This document shows positions 62,420 to 64,000 of a stretch of 64,000 nt of DNA, piece by piece (position 1 is the first letter of the stretch; the number at the start of each line of letters is the position of its first letter). The stretch comes from Carcharhinus longimanus (lineage: Eukaryota), in contig JASCQW010000148.1 of NCBI GenBank assembly GCA_030264375.1, positions 14,742,809 to 14,806,808 of the forward strand. The letters run 5' to 3'. The translations under genes and the position numbers were made by a program. Under the pieces are notes generated by a model. That model saw nothing but the letters and a program-made list of their open reading frames with translations, had not been told where the DNA came from and ran no database searches.

Positions 62420-64000
62420 TAAGAACTAAGAGCAGGAGTAGGCAATTAAACCCCTTGAGCCTGCTCCGCCATTCAGTGTGATCATGGTTGAGCTCACCTT
62501 GGCCTAACTCAACTTTACTGCCTGTTCTCTGTAACCCTTCAACCCGTTACTAATTAAAAATGTTTATTTTCTCTAATTTACTCAATGTCCTGGCATCCAC
62601 CACACTCTGGGGAATTCTACAGGTGCACGACTCTTTGAGAGAAGTAATTTCTTCTCACCTCTGTTATAAATCTGCTAAAACTGAGACTGCTAGTTCGCCC
62701 CATCGTGTCTATGTCTGCTTTGTCAATCCCCTTTATCGTCTTATTTACTTCAATTAGATCTCTCATTCTTTTAAACTATAGAGAGTATAGGCCTAAACTG
62801 CTCAACCTCTCTTCATAAAATAAACCCCTCATCTCTGGAATCAGTCTAGTGAACTTCCTCTGAACTGCCTGCAATGCAACTACATCCCCCTTCAAGTAGG
62901 AAGACGAAAACTGTATACAGTACAACTGTACACAAACTATCTCAATAGATTGCTCAGTACTTTATTTTTGTTTCCTAGTGCAGTCTTACTAATGCTTAGT
63001 ACAGTTGCAGCAACATCCTCCCTACTTTTATATTCTATTCCTTTTGCAATCAATGCCAAAAATCCATTTATTTTCCTTAATACCTGCTGTAACTGCATAC
63101 AGGAGAGTACCCAGATCCCTCTGCACTGAAACAACCTGAAGTTTCTCTCCATTTAGAGTAAACTGCCTTTCTATTTTTCTGACCAAAACGGATAATCTCA
63201 CACTTACCCATATTAAAGTCTGCCACATTTTGGCCCATTTACCTAACCTGTCTATATCCATTTGTAAATTTCCTATTTCGTCATAGCAACTTACTATCCC
63301 ACCTATTTTAAAGTAATCTACAAATTTGGCTATAATACCTTCTATCCTTGCATTCAAGTCATTAATATAGGCACCCCACTAGTTATATCTTGCCAACCAG
63401 AAAAAGACACATTTATTCTAATTCTTTCCTTTCTGTTGGTCAGCCTGACATCTATCCAAGCTAATAAATTGCTCCTAGCCCCATGTGATCTTATCTGTTT
63501 ATTAACTTTTGTGCAGTACTTTATCAAATGCCTTCTGCAAGTTCAGACATACCATATCTCCAGGATCCCAATTATCACTTTGCTTGTAATACCTTCAAAG
63601 AAAGCTAGTAAATTAGTCAAATATAATTTATCTTTCAAAAGTCAGTGCTGATTTTGATGAATTGTGTTTTGACTTTCCAAATGCCTTGTATAATGTTCTT
63701 TTATAATAGATTCTAACAAATTCCCAATGACCTGTTAAACTAACTGGTCTATAGTTCTCTACTTTCTGCCTGCCTCTCTTTTTGAATAAGGTCATTACAT
63801 TAGCGTTTTACAATCCACTGGAACCTTTTCTGCATCCAGGGAATTTTGGCATATTATAACCAGTAGATCCACCATCTCCATTGCTATTTGAGACTTGTCC
63901 ACCTTCAATCCCAATAGTTTGCTTGGTACATTTTTTTTTCCTAGTGTTGATGATTGTTATAATTTTTCCCTTTCTGTAACTTCCGCATTTGTAATGTACA
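62420..64000 (-). mobile_element. CR1 LINE (3' UTR and RT), running off the window end
   Basis: Tail gagcaggagtaggc…ttgagcctgctccgccattc. ORF 63028..63357(-) IIAKFVDYFKIGG…LQMDIDRLGKWAKMWQ contains a decayed FADD. Confidence 0.9.

Larger units (their letters stand above)
57893..64000 (+). other. DAB2IP: DAB2IP intron downstream of the exon
   Basis: Starts gtaagc. The next expected exon (VTTSSGSKCFSC…) was not seen before the window end. Confidence 0.8.

Noticed and set aside
1-64000. Prokaryotic-type novel system (operon, defence island, CRISPR)
   Set aside because: The sequence is vertebrate intronic DNA with no long ORFs, no operon structure and no regularly spaced direct repeats.

Overview
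This window is vertebrate genomic DNA, not prokaryotic, and very probably from a shark. It is AT-rich, CpG-depleted and full of elasmobranch-type repeats (HE1-like V-SINEs, Deu-domain SINEs, CR1, L2, RTE, Rex1, Penelope, Harbinger). It has six N-gaps. The only securely recognisable coding sequence is one 154-bp internal exon of DAB2IP, a RasGAP of the SynGAP/RASAL2/DAB2IP family, at 57739-57892 on the + strand with canonical AG/GT splice sites. The rest appears to be its flanking introns. Almost all ORFs in the supplied track are chance ORFs or decayed transposon frames. I found no CRISPR array, operon or clearly new biological system. The best leads are: (i) a candidate alternative first coding exon at 6186-6271 whose frame and phase fit the DAB2IP exon but whose donor reads GG rather than GT; (ii) a Penelope-derived minimal hammerhead-ribozyme motif on the sense strand of the intron at 28743-28778; (iii) an ORF1-less LINE with a tRNA-like SINE head, whose 5' and 3' ends together make up a local SINE family; (iv) a Harbinger transposon with transposase remnants missed by the ORF track; and (v) a 194-bp local non-tandem duplication. 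Repeat family names come from remembered consensus motifs, not from a database search, and most repeat boundaries are approximate.
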